In this document: in pieces, positions 27,980 to 37,358 of the stretch
Numbering within the stretch: the stretch's first letter is position 1
Layout: each line of letters begins with the position of its first letter
Origin: Candidatus Gottesmanbacteria bacterium RIFCSPHIGHO2_01_FULL_40_15
Lineage (GTDB): Bacteria; Patescibacteriota; Microgenomatia; 2-02-FULL-39-11
DNA: 64,000 nt
Reading direction: 5' to 3'
Assembly: GCA_001779115.1 (NCBI GenBank)
Contig: MFJF01000012.1
Coordinates: 33,142-97,141, forward strand
Made by a program: the position numbers and the translations under genes
The notes under the pieces: model-generated
Database searches by the model: none
Seen by the model: only the letters and a program-made list of their open reading frames with translations
What the model was told of the DNA's origin: nothing

Positions 27980-28771
27980 ATGGAGGAAAAAATATATTTC
28001 AAAACAAGCGACAATTTAAAACTGTGCGGAATTTGGACAAAATCGGATGGAAGAGCCAAGACAGCAGTAATTCTGGCGCACGGAATTTCGGTTGATAAAG
28101 AAGAGGACGGAATGTTTTGTGCACTGGCCGAAATGCTGGCGGAAAGCGGTATGGTATCTTTGCGGTTTGATTTTAGAGGACACGGAGAAAGCGGGGGCAA
28201 ACAGGAGGAGATGACTCTACCGGGAGAGATGAAAGATCTGTCGGCTGTTTATAAAAAGGTACAGGAGAGAGGATTTAGGAAGATAGGTATAGTAGGATCA
28301 AGCTTAGGAGGAGGCATTACGGTTCTGGCGGCAAATATATTCCAGGACGATGTGAAAGCTTTATGTCTTTGGAACCCGGTTCTTAATTATAACGAGACTT
28401 TTATCAACCCATTCCTTCCCTGGCTTAGGGATGATATTAATCGGATGAAGGAGGAATTAAAAAGAACCGGCCGGACAAATTTGCCCGGAGAACAACCTTT
28501 TAAAATAGGCCGGCAACTTTTTGAAGAGATGAAGAAAATTGAGCCTTATAAGAGGCTGGACAGGATAAAAATTCCGGTACTTATTATCCACGGGGATAAG
28601 GATAATTACGTGCCTTTTAAACATTCTGAAGCCGCATTGGGAAGTTTGAAAGGTTGGAAGAAGCTTATTAAAATTAAAGGATCAGACCACGGTTTCAGCG
28701 GTGAAAAGGGGGATGAATACAAAAAGACAGCTTATCAGGCTACGTTAGAATTTTTCCTTAAGTTTTTATGA
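27980..28771 (+). CDS. alpha/beta hydrolase fold protein
   Basis: 263 aa. HG-containing oxyanion region (ILAHGIS) and a GxSxG nucleophile elbow (GSSLGG). Confidence 0.6.
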   Translation: MEEKIYFKTSDNLKLCGIWTKSDGRAKTAVILAHGISVDKEEDGMFCALAEMLAESGMVSLRFDFRGHGESGGKQEEMTLPGEMKDLSAVYKKVQERGFRKIGIVGSSLGGGITVLAANIFQDDVKALCLWNPVLNYNETFINPFLPWLRDDINRMKEELKRTGRTNLPGEQPFKIGRQLFEEMKKIEPYKRLDRIKIPVLIIHGDKDNYVPFKHSEAALGSLKGWKKLIKIKGSDHGFSGEKGDEYKKTAYQATLEFFLKFL

Positions 28772-29550
28772 AAATGATACCTTTGGGAACCAACGGGTTT
28801 TTCTCAAGTTTTGACCGGCAGACTGCCTGTTTCGTGCTTCCTTATAAGGACCGGCTTTTAATTTTTGATGCAGGGTCGGGACTTTTCCGGTTGGGAGAGC
28901 CTGAGGGAAAAAAATTATTAAGAAATGCCAAATACATCGATATATTTTTATCCCATTACCATTTTGACCATACCTTCGGTTTTTATGCCGCATTCAACCT
29001 TTTTGAAAAGAAAAATGTAACCGTTTATGCCCGATCAGACAGAAAAGTATTTTCAGATTTTTCTTTTCTTGAATATTTTCCGATTAATTATGATAAAGAA
29101 TTTATCAATTTCAGCTGGAAAGCCGTTGATAAAGGCACATATTCTTTAAGCGGATACAAAATGAGGATAAGGAGGCAGAACCACCGGGGCGAGGTCAGTT
29201 TAGCGTTTACAATTGAGTTTCCCGGGGGAAAAACAATTGCATATGTAACTGACGGCGAGCCGATACAGGAAAGCGTTGAATTTGTCAGAGGTGTTAATCT
29301 TCTTTTACATGAGCATGAACCCGGCAGCAAAGAAGCCAAAAGTAAAAAACTAGAAGATCATATCCGGGACGGGCATGTGACAACGGAAGGCGCGGCTTTG
29401 ATCGCCAGGGAAGCGGCAGTGAAAAGATTATATTTAATCCATCATAACCCCTTTCTTGATAATGAAAAGTTGGAAAAAGAATTGACGAAGATAAAACCGA
29501 TTTTTAAAGAAAGTAAACTTGCAAAAGATTTGGAAGTGATTGAGTTTTAA
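28768..29550 (+). CDS. MBL-fold metallo-hydrolase
   Basis: 260 aa. The HYHFDH (HxHxDH) zinc-binding motif is present. Confidence 0.7.
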   Translation: MKMIPLGTNGFFSSFDRQTACFVLPYKDRLLIFDAGSGLFRLGEPEGKKLLRNAKYIDIFLSHYHFDHTFGFYAAFNLFEKKNVTVYARSDRKVFSDFSFLEYFPINYDKEFINFSWKAVDKGTYSLSGYKMRIRRQNHRGEVSLAFTIEFPGGKTIAYVTDGEPIQESVEFVRGVNLLLHEHEPGSKEAKSKKLEDHIRDGHVTTEGAALIAREAAVKRLYLIHHNPFLDNEKLEKELTKIKPIFKESKLAKDLEVIEF

Positions 29551-30098
29551 AAAAAGCGGGGAACTCTTTTTTTGTAGGCCAAATACTCATTGCCAAAATA
29601 TTTTTCCAGAAGTATTTCTTCGATTAAGACGGCTTTTTTTATAAGAGTGAATAAGGGAATAACCAGAAGAACCAGATAACTAGACAGTGAAATTTCGATT
29701 CCGGCAAAGAAAAGCATAAGACCCAAATAAATAGGATTTCTGGTGTATGAAAAAGGACCGAAAGTCACCAACTTTTTTTGTTTTTTTACATCGTGCTGTG
29801 CCGGCGGACCCCAATTTACTTTCATGGTTAATTTAGCCCAGACGCAAAGAATCAATCCGGAAATATTAATGAGCAGTCCGCCAATTGAAAGATAAGTTAA
29901 ACGGACGGCAGGTAAATATGTCGAATTGATAATTGTGAAGATTTGGAGGTATAAAAGAAGACCGAGGGACCAAATAAAAAAAGTTCTGATTTTTTTCAGA
30001 TTATTCAAGTAATCTCTGAAGGATAAGGAAGAGGTAATCAACCAGATAAGCTGGAGTATAAGAAAATTTATAAGCAAGATAACTTTTATTCCGTTCAT
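29547..30098 (-). CDS. isoprenylcysteine carboxyl methyltransferase / phospholipid methyltransferase family membrane protein (start revised to the internal ATG at 30098)
   Basis: Beginning at MNGIKVILL, the product is a 4-5 TM protein ending YTRNPIYLGLMLFFAGIEIS...EEILLEKYFGNEYLAYKKRVPRF, an ICMT/PEMT signature. The 86 codons upstream of that ATG in the ORF track overlap a structured RNA on the opposite strand and look non-protein-like. Confidence 0.55.
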   Translation of the reverse strand: MNGIKVILLINFLILQLIWLITSSLSFRDYLNNLKKIRTFFIWSLGLLLYLQIFTIINSTYLPAVRLTYLSIGGLLINISGLILCVWAKLTMKVNWGPPAQHDVKKQKKLVTFGPFSYTRNPIYLGLMLFFAGIEISLSSYLVLLVIPLFTLIKKAVLIEEILLEKYFGNEYLAYKKRVPRFF

Positions 30099-30158
30099 GT
30101 TAAGATCATTATAACAATCTGTTTTGACATTTGTGGTATGATATACGGAATTTAATAA

Positions 30159-30428
30159 AGGCGATGATCCGGAGGGTTGGAACCGGGGAGCTGCCCCTTT
30201 AAAATCGGGGACGGAGGCGAAACCGTATCCTCCTTCGCTTAAGCGTCGGAGGACAAAGAAAGTCAGCAACGAGTGTTGCTTCTCAAAGTTCAGTACAAGC
30301 GCGAAGATAAAGCTCGTCAAGAATAAGCCCTGTACCGTCCGGAACGGGGGAAACAAGGTGGCACAGCGAAATGATATTTCGCCCTTGAATGTTCAGTTTT
30401 TATTTCTGAATATTTGAGGGCTTTTTTT
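30159..30428 (+). promoter_or_regulatory. T-box riboswitch leader (probable tRNA-Trp specificity) ending in an intrinsic terminator
   Basis: The T-box sequence AAACAAGGTGGCACAGCG sits at 30351-30368 (consensus AANNNGGGUGGNACCGCG). In the antiterminator, CAAGG (30354-58) pairs with CCUUG (30383-87) and flanks a 7-nt UGGCACA bulge and a GCGAAAU-GAU-AUUUCGC hairpin. A competing terminator pairs CCCUUGAAUGUUCAG (30382-96) with CUGAAUAUUUGAGGG (30406-20), followed by C-UUUUUUU. There is a GCGAUGA start and a Stem III-like CCGUCCGGAACGG. The only leader UGG outside the T-box is at 30178-80, followed by A. A TTGACA -35-like hexamer sits at 30124-29. Downstream genes are trpB2 and trpS. Confidence 0.6.
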
Positions 30429-30540
30429 ATGAAGAAAAAACTTAATCATTTTTTATGGGGAGTAGTTTATCCGAGAAGCGGATGGCGTTTTTGTTGGCGG
30501 CAAACAGTTTAACAGTTATTAAGTTTTAAAAATTTTAACT

Positions 30541-31851
30541 ATGAGAGCAAAAATAATATTGGAAGAAAATGAATTACCGGAAAATTTTATAAACATTAAT
30601 TATTACCTGAAAAAATTTTTGGGAAAATTACCCGATCCACCGCTAAATCCGGAAACGCATAAACCGGTTGGAGCAGCTGACCTGGAGGCTATTTTTGCCA
30701 AAGAATTAATAAAACAGGAAGCAACACTCAAGGAGGTTGTCGGTATTCCTGAGGAGGTCAGAAAGAAAATGTCGGGTTACCGGCCAACACCTTTGTTCCG
30801 GGCCGGGTCTTTGGAGAAAATTCTGGATACTCCGGCCCATATTTATTACAAATATGAAGGTGCAAGTCCGGTAGGCAGTCATAAAATGAATACAGCTCTG
30901 GTGCAGGCATATTATAACCGGAAGCAAGGAATAAAAACTCTGATAACCGAAACAGGTGCCGGACAATGGGGGTCGGCGTTAAGTTTGGCCTGTTTTTACT
31001 TCGGGCTTAAGTGTCTGGTATTTATGGTGAGGATTTCATATGACCAAAAACCTTACAGAAAGACTGTTATGAATATTTACGGAGCCGAAGTAAGACCGAG
31101 TCCGTCAGCGACAACCGAATACGGAAAATTGTTATTAAAAGATAATAAAAATCACGCGGGCAGCCTGGGAATTGCCATAAGCGAAGCTCTGGAATCGGTT
31201 GTCAAAGGAAGGGAAGCGAGATATTCTTTAGGAAGCGTTTTGAATCATGTCCTTTTACATCAGACAGTAATCGGACAGGAAGCAAAAAAGCAGATGGAGA
31301 AGACAGGCGAATATCCGGATATTATTATCGGTTGTTGCGGCGGAGGAAGCAATTTTGCCGGTATCGCCTTTCCTTTCCTGGCAGACGGATTGAAAGGAGA
31401 ACGGGAAAATACAAAATTCATCGCGGTAGAACCGGAAAGTTGTCCATCGTTAACCCACGGAGCATACCGGTATGATTTTGGTGATTCAGCACAAATGACA
31501 CCGCTTCTCAAAATGAAAACACTGGGAAGCGATTTCATTCCGTCACCGATTCATGCGGGAGGATTAAGATATCACGGAGTGGCACCTCAAGTTGCCTTTT
31601 TACATGAGGAAGGATTAATTGATTCCAAGACTTACGGACAGCCGGAAGTATTTAAGGCGGCAATAATATTTGCCAGAAGTGAGGGTATTATTCCCGCTCC
31701 CGAATCGGCACATGCCATTAAAGCGGCAATCGATGAGGCGATTAGAGCCAGAGATGAAGGAAGGAAAAAAGTTATCCTTTTTAATCTCTCCGGACACGGA
31801 TTGCTGGATTTGGGTGGATATGAAGGCTATCTGGCGGGACATTTAAAATAA
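30541..31851 (+). CDS. trpB: tryptophan synthase beta chain-like PLP enzyme, TrpB2 type
   Basis: 436 aa. PLP-lysine region PVGSHKMN (TrpB has GGAHKxN). It is TrpB2-length rather than the ~400 aa of TrpB1 and carries a glycine-rich CGGGSNFAG PLP phosphate loop. Confidence 0.75.
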   Translation: MRAKIILEENELPENFININYYLKKFLGKLPDPPLNPETHKPVGAADLEAIFAKELIKQEATLKEVVGIPEEVRKKMSGYRPTPLFRAGSLEKILDTPAHIYYKYEGASPVGSHKMNTALVQAYYNRKQGIKTLITETGAGQWGSALSLACFYFGLKCLVFMVRISYDQKPYRKTVMNIYGAEVRPSPSATTEYGKLLLKDNKNHAGSLGIAISEALESVVKGREARYSLGSVLNHVLLHQTVIGQEAKKQMEKTGEYPDIIIGCCGGGSNFAGIAFPFLADGLKGERENTKFIAVEPESCPSLTHGAYRYDFGDSAQMTPLLKMKTLGSDFIPSPIHAGGLRYHGVAPQVAFLHEEGLIDSKTYGQPEVFKAAIIFARSEGIIPAPESAHAIKAAIDEAIRARDEGRKKVILFNLSGHGLLDLGGYEGYLAGHLK

Positions 31852-31934
31852 TGTAAATACAGAAGATAGTTCACCCCGGAAGAGGAGAATGTTACTTCCG
31901 GGGTGGAATTTATATAATATAAGCAGGAGAAAAA

Positions 31935-32954
31935 ATGAACACAGTTAAAAAGAGAATTTTATCCGGAATAACGCCGTCGGGAGACGGTTCGCTACATATC
32001 GGAAATTATTTGGGAGCAGTCAGGCAATTTGTCGAGCTTTCTAAAAATAATGAATGTTTTTTGTTTGTAGCTGATATACATGCTCTGACGACAATTCAAC
32101 GAAAAGATGAATTGAGGGCAAATATTGAAACTCTAATTTTGAATGAGCTAGCTCTTTTGGGAGACCTGTCGAACATCATTTTTTTCAGACAGTCGGATGT
32201 GCCGATGCATACCGAACTTCAGACAATACTGAATAATATCACTCCTTTGGGACTTATTAAAAGAGCACATGCCTATAAGGATAAACTTGAGAAGGGAGTC
32301 GAAGAGGAAGAGGTTAACATGGGTCTTTTTTCTTATCCGGTACTGATGGCGGCTGATATTTTAATGTATAAACCTGATTTGGTACCGGTCGGCCGAGACC
32401 AGAAGCAGCATATTGAGATAACCCGGGATATAGCCGAGAGATTTAACAGGACATTTAAATCTAAAATCTTTCCATTGCCTGAGCCGTATATTCCGGAAGA
32501 GGCGGCGGTTATCATGGGAACGGACGGCAAAAGGAAGATGAGCAAGTCTTTGGGTAACTTTATCAGCATTTTTGAAGATGAGGCTGTTATAAAAAAACAG
32601 GTAATGTCAACATATACAGATCCAACCAGAAAGCACGTAACCGACCCCGGACATATTGAAGGGAATATGGTATTTAATTATCTGGATTTTTTCACAGAGA
32701 AGGAAGAGGTAATGATGTATAAGGAAAAATACCGCCAGGGGAAAGTGGCCGATGTGGAAGTTAAAAACTATTTGTTTGAATCCCTGATGAAATATTTTGC
32801 CCCGGCCAGAATGCGATATGAGGAGTTGAAGAATAGCCCGGATTCTGTCAAAAAGATTATACAAACCGGAGCGGAAAGAGCGAGGGAAGTGGCGGAAAAG
32901 ACAATAAATGAAGTAAGAGCAACAATCGGATTAACCAATAAATATTCTTTTTAA
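31935..32954 (+). CDS. trpS: tryptophan--tRNA ligase
   Basis: 339 aa class I aaRS. HIGN (HIGH) and KMSKS motifs. The N-terminal SGITPSGDGSLHIGNYLGA is typical of TrpS. Confidence 0.85.
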   Translation: MNTVKKRILSGITPSGDGSLHIGNYLGAVRQFVELSKNNECFLFVADIHALTTIQRKDELRANIETLILNELALLGDLSNIIFFRQSDVPMHTELQTILNNITPLGLIKRAHAYKDKLEKGVEEEEVNMGLFSYPVLMAADILMYKPDLVPVGRDQKQHIEITRDIAERFNRTFKSKIFPLPEPYIPEEAAVIMGTDGKRKMSKSLGNFISIFEDEAVIKKQVMSTYTDPTRKHVTDPGHIEGNMVFNYLDFFTEKEEVMMYKEKYRQGKVADVEVKNYLFESLMKYFAPARMRYEELKNSPDSVKKIIQTGAERAREVAEKTINEVRATIGLTNKYSF

Positions 32955-33126
32955 AGGGGTTAACCTTTTCTTCCTTAAACAGAAATGCAAGCGGGAGACG
33001 GATACAGAGTTTTACGGGAAGAGATTTTTTACAGAATTGTTATATTAATGCAGCTCTAATTTAATATAGGGTTGTTAGCCTGATTAGTTCCTCTGCCTCC
33101 CTGTTTAGTTCCGGATAAAATTTATT

Positions 33127-34038
33127 ATGCCCAGAAAAGAAGAATTTCAGCAAGCTGATATATTTGTGGAAGAAAAAATTCAACCGGTTAATGACGGGAA
33201 GATCGGCAGTCCCTTTAACGGTGCAGTTGATGCGGTTGTCAGTCAACCGGGAGAAAAAACCATAAATGAACCGGATGGGACAGTTAGGACAAACAACGGA
33301 AGCGGTGTTAATAACAAGCCAAATGAAATAACAATAAACAGTGGAAACGGACATCAACCGGATGAATTAAGAGGTGAAATAAATTTTCCACCGCCTGATG
33401 AAATAAATGGCAGGGATGAGGGAAAAAATGATGAGATAATATTCCATCAAGCTAAAAACAAGAGTATTGTTCCAAACGGAAGAGGAGATAACGGTAAAAA
33501 GCAGGCAATTACCAAGGGAGAAATTGATTTTAATAAGCTATCAAAATTATATGAAAAAAACAAAGTATTAGTTACAGGATATTTATACAACCATCTTAAA
33601 AACCGATCTACTGCCGAAGAATTAGCTTCCGAGGTGTGGTTAAGAGTGATCACAAATATCGGGAGATTCAGGGCAGAAAATGACGGCAGTTTTAAAGCAT
33701 GGTTAATGAGGATTACCTCGAATTTACTCGTTGACCATTACAGGACATCCGTGCACCGGAATCATGTTGAATTGGAGGATTATAAAGTTACCGATAATAA
33801 AATTGAGGATATCGAAGAAAAAATTGACAGAAGTGAGTTATTTGAACTAATCGATTCTATTGTCAGAAATTTATCCGGTGATGATGTAGAAATATTTCAA
33901 TTGATGAGAAAAAACTTATCCTCTTCAGAAATAGGGGTGATTATCAATAAAAAACCCGGGGCGGTAAGAGTGTGGAAACACAGATTATTGGGTAAAATAC
34001 GAGAAAGATTAGATGAACTGGGGATTTATGATTATTAA
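33127..34038 (+). CDS. sigma-70 family (ECF-like) RNA polymerase sigma factor with an N/G-rich N-terminal extension
   Basis: Region 2 (ELASEVWLRVITNIGRFRAENDGSFKAWLMRITSNLLVDHYR) and a region-4 HTH (LSSSEIGVIINKKPGAVRVWKHRLLGKIRERL) are present. The first ~150 aa are low-complexity (NGSGVNNKPNEITINSGNG...). Confidence 0.6.
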   Translation: MPRKEEFQQADIFVEEKIQPVNDGKIGSPFNGAVDAVVSQPGEKTINEPDGTVRTNNGSGVNNKPNEITINSGNGHQPDELRGEINFPPPDEINGRDEGKNDEIIFHQAKNKSIVPNGRGDNGKKQAITKGEIDFNKLSKLYEKNKVLVTGYLYNHLKNRSTAEELASEVWLRVITNIGRFRAENDGSFKAWLMRITSNLLVDHYRTSVHRNHVELEDYKVTDNKIEDIEEKIDRSELFELIDSIVRNLSGDDVEIFQLMRKNLSSSEIGVIINKKPGAVRVWKHRLLGKIRERLDELGIYDY

Positions 34039-34094
34039 TATTAATCTTTAACTTACCTTGTTTGAGCTTCTGTTTTAGGCTATAATTTAACTTC

Positions 34095-34433
34095 ATGAAA
34101 AAGGACGAGCTGATACTTGCCGATTTCCAAAAAACTGACTTGCGGGTCGGCAAAGTGGTTGAGGCTGAAGCCGTTGAAGGATCGAAAAATCTGTTACGAC
34201 TTAAGGTTAACCTCGGCTATGACTACGGAGTAAGACAAATAATTTCAGGAATTGCCCGCTGGTATAAACCTGAAGAATTAAGAGATAAAAAATTCATATT
34301 TGTAGCTAATTTGGAAGGGAAGAAACTGATGGGTGAAGAGAGTAAAGGGATGATAGTATGCGCTGATTATGACCATACGGCAGTACTGGTGCCTGTTGAT
34401 GATAACATTCCCGAAGGGACAATATTGAGATAA
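34095..34433 (+). CDS. tRNA-binding domain protein (CsaA/Trbp111/MetG C-terminal-like OB fold)
   Basis: 112 aa. DLRVGKVVEAE...EGSKNLLRLKVNLG is the canonical tRNA-binding OB-fold start. Confidence 0.7.
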   Translation: MKKDELILADFQKTDLRVGKVVEAEAVEGSKNLLRLKVNLGYDYGVRQIISGIARWYKPEELRDKKFIFVANLEGKKLMGEESKGMIVCADYDHTAVLVPVDDNIPEGTILR

Positions 34434-34441
34434 AAAAAATA

Positions 34442-36322
34442 ATGGCAACAAACAACAATAATAATAAAAAGAAAAAAAGTAAAAAACTATTTGAATTCCG
34501 GCTTAATTTTACCCCGAAAAATATTTTTCTGTGGTCGATAATATTTCTTATCATGCTTTTCATATTTATGTCGGCAAGGGATTTATCAAACCTTTTTCCG
34601 GAAAAACCACTGTCGGGATTAATTACGGATGTGAGAAATGGCAAAGTTGATAAAATAGAAGTAGTCGGAGACAAGTTGCTGGCAACTTATACCGACGGAA
34701 AAGTATACACATCAATAAAAGAAAGCCAGGATTCTTTATACAATATTTTAACCGATGCCCAAATAGATCCGAATAAAGTTGAAGTTGAGATAAAAGACAC
34801 TTCAGGAGGAACGGTCTGGTTTAATATACTATCCAATGTTTTACCGCTTCTTCTTATGGTCGGGTTTTTTCTCTTTCTTATAAGACAGGCAAGAGGAGCC
34901 CAGGATTCAATATTTTCCTTCGGGCAATCTAAAGCAAAACTTTTCTCCAAAGACCATCCGAAAATAACTTTTGCTGATGTAGCGGGAGTAGACGAAGCTA
35001 AGGAGGAACTTGAGGAAGTAGTTGATTTCCTGAAACACCCCCAGAAATACAGGGCACTGGGAGCCAGAACTCCGAAAGGTGTAATACTGGTGGGACCTTC
35101 CGGAACGGGAAAAACACTGTTGGCCAGGGCATTGGCCGGTGAAGCAGGAGTGCCATTTTTTTCCATGGCAGGAAGTGAATTTATGGAAATGCTGGTCGGA
35201 GTCGGAGCCAGCCGTGTCCGTGATTTGTTCAATACGGCCAAGAAGAATTCTCCGGCAATTGTGTTTATTGATGAAGTTGATGCCATCGGCCGGATGAGAT
35301 CAATCGGAGTTGTCGGCGGACATGATGAGAGAGAGCAGACTTTAAACCAGATTCTGGTGGAAATGGACGGATTTACACCCAATGAACATGTAGTCATAGT
35401 TGCAGCGACAAACCGGGGAGATTTATTGGATCCGGCCCTTTTGAGACCGGGAAGATTTGACAGGAGAGTTGTTTTGGATTTGCCTGATTTGGAAGGCAGG
35501 AGAGCAATATTGAAGATTCATGCCAAAGGAAAACCGATGGTTCGCGATATTGATTGGGATAAGGCAGCCAAAAGAACCGTCGGATTTTCAGGAGCTGATT
35601 TGGAAAACATGCTGAATGAGGCAGCTATTCAGGCAGCCAGAAAAAATAAAACAGAGATAGAATTTTCCGATATCGAAGAAGCAGCAACAAAAGTCAAACT
35701 CGGGCCTGAGAAAAAGCGGTTGCAGACTGATCTGGATAGAAAAATGACAGCTTATCATGAAGCAGGACATGCCATTGTCACTTACGCTTTACCAAATATG
35801 GACCCGGTTCACCGGATATCGATTGTTTCCAGAGGAATGGCGCTGGGATTCACTTTAATTCCACCACAAAGAGACAGAATACATGAGACAAAAACACATT
35901 TACTGGAACAGATTACTTCCATGATGGGCGGAAGAGCGGCAGAGGCACTTATTTTTTCAGAGATGACTTCGGGGGCGGCCAATGATATAGATAAGGCGAC
36001 AATGCTGGCTAAAAACATGGTGGTTGAATACGGTATGTCCGATCTTGGTCCGATTAATTTCGGTCCGACTGTTGATACGACTGAATGGGGAGGCAGATAT
36101 ATGATGGACTCCAAAATTTCTCCGGATATGCAGAGTAAAATAGACAGCGAAGTGAAAAAAATAATCGATAAAAGTTACCAAAAGGCTACGTCTATTCTTA
36201 GTAAAATGAAGGATAAACTTGACAGGGTAGCTGAGGAACTAATTAAGAAAGAAACTTTGGAAGGCGAAGAATTTGAGAAAATTGTCGGTACGAAACCGGC
36301 TTTGGCGAAAATTAATTCCTGA
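34442..36322 (+). CDS. ftsH: ATP-dependent zinc metalloprotease FtsH
   Basis: 626 aa. N-terminal TM helices. AAA module with Walker A (GPSGTGKTLLA), Walker B (IVFIDEVDA) and SRH. HEAGHAIV zinc-protease motif. Confidence 0.9.
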   Translation: MATNNNNNKKKKSKKLFEFRLNFTPKNIFLWSIIFLIMLFIFMSARDLSNLFPEKPLSGLITDVRNGKVDKIEVVGDKLLATYTDGKVYTSIKESQDSLYNILTDAQIDPNKVEVEIKDTSGGTVWFNILSNVLPLLLMVGFFLFLIRQARGAQDSIFSFGQSKAKLFSKDHPKITFADVAGVDEAKEELEEVVDFLKHPQKYRALGARTPKGVILVGPSGTGKTLLARALAGEAGVPFFSMAGSEFMEMLVGVGASRVRDLFNTAKKNSPAIVFIDEVDAIGRMRSIGVVGGHDEREQTLNQILVEMDGFTPNEHVVIVAATNRGDLLDPALLRPGRFDRRVVLDLPDLEGRRAILKIHAKGKPMVRDIDWDKAAKRTVGFSGADLENMLNEAAIQAARKNKTEIEFSDIEEAATKVKLGPEKKRLQTDLDRKMTAYHEAGHAIVTYALPNMDPVHRISIVSRGMALGFTLIPPQRDRIHETKTHLLEQITSMMGGRAAEALIFSEMTSGAANDIDKATMLAKNMVVEYGMSDLGPINFGPTVDTTEWGGRYMMDSKISPDMQSKIDSEVKKIIDKSYQKATSILSKMKDKLDRVAEELIKKETLEGEEFEKIVGTKPALAKINS

Positions 36323-36377
36323 GCGGGTGAAAGAATATTACTGAAAGTTAAGTTACCTTCATGCTAAAATAAGCCCC

Positions 36378-37355
36378 ATGCAGAAACTGGTCTTAATTGA
36401 CGGGCATGCAATTCTTCACCGGGCATACCATGCTTTACCTGCATTAACAACCAGCTCGGGACAACCGATTAATGCCATTTACGGCTTTTTGTTGATGCTT
36501 TTGAGGACAATTGCCGATTTGAAGCCAACCCATATGGCAATAACTTTTGACAGGCCCAAGCCGACTTTCAGGAAAAAACTTTATAAGGAATATCAGTCAC
36601 AAAGGCCGGAAATGGAAAAAGAACTGATTGATCAGGTGGAGTTAATTCACAAAGTCATTAAAACCATCGGATTGCCGATTTATGAACTGGACGGATTTGA
36701 GGCGGATGATATTATCGGTACTATCAGCGATCAGGTTTATAGAGGAGAAATCAAGAAAGAAATAGGATCAGAGGATGAAAAACCAGAAGTGGTGATTGTG
36801 ACCGGAGACAGGGATATTTTGCAGTTGGCCCGTGACAGCGTAAAAGTTTATATGCCGGTTAAAGGAATTTCCGAAGCAAAACTTTACTCTAAAGAGGACG
36901 TTTTCGAAAAATACGGTATTTCACCCGATCAAATAGCAGATTATAAAGGACTTATTGGGGACGCTTCGGATAATTATTCCGGTGTTTCAGGAATCGGGCC
37001 TAAAACGGCAGTTTCACTTCTTTCCAAATTCGGATCAGTTGAGAAGATATATACTAATTTGGACAGTTTAGATGGAAAGGTAAAAGAGAAATTGGAGAAA
37101 GGGAAGGATGCCGCTTATTTATCAAAAAAACTGGCCACCATTGTGACAGATGTTCCCATTGAATTTGATTGGAAAAGCAGTAAGATCCCCAGTCTTGACA
37201 GGCCTGACATACGGGCGATATTTGAGGAGCTGGAGTTTAGAAGTTTGATTCCAAGACTGTCAGGACAGGATATAAAAGAGACAAAAAAAATTAATAAAAA
37301 AGAAGCAATTAAAAAAGATGAAAATAAAAAAGTGGAGCAAAAAACTTTATTTTAA
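36378..37355 (+). CDS. 5'-3' exonuclease (stand-alone Pol I N-terminal / FEN-like domain)
   Basis: 325 aa. LVLIDGHAILHRAYHA start, acidic metal-binding blocks (FEADDII, VTGDRDILQL) and an H3TH region (GVSGIGPKTA). Confidence 0.75.
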   Translation: MQKLVLIDGHAILHRAYHALPALTTSSGQPINAIYGFLLMLLRTIADLKPTHMAITFDRPKPTFRKKLYKEYQSQRPEMEKELIDQVELIHKVIKTIGLPIYELDGFEADDIIGTISDQVYRGEIKKEIGSEDEKPEVVIVTGDRDILQLARDSVKVYMPVKGISEAKLYSKEDVFEKYGISPDQIADYKGLIGDASDNYSGVSGIGPKTAVSLLSKFGSVEKIYTNLDSLDGKVKEKLEKGKDAAYLSKKLATIVTDVPIEFDWKSSKIPSLDRPDIRAIFEELEFRSLIPRLSGQDIKETKKINKKEAIKKDENKKVEQKTLF

Positions 37356-37358
37356 AGC

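Noticed and set aside
30150-30430. Considered whether the structured RNA was RNase P RNA, SRP RNA, tmRNA or 6S RNA.
   Set aside because: - No AGGAAAGUCC / ACAGAACCCGGCUUA RNase P blocks.
- No tmRNA T-arm/CCA terminus.
- No convincing SRP domain IV.
- The T-box sequence plus the antiterminator/terminator alternative explains the region better.
30429-30512. A 27-codon ORF (MKKKLNHFLWGVVYPRSGWRFCWRQTV) with three Trp codons directly after the T-box terminator; looked like a possible trp attenuation leader peptide.
   Set aside because: Attenuation leader peptides precede the terminator; this one follows it. There is no strong RBS. It is probably a chance ORF, since T-box leaders need no peptide.
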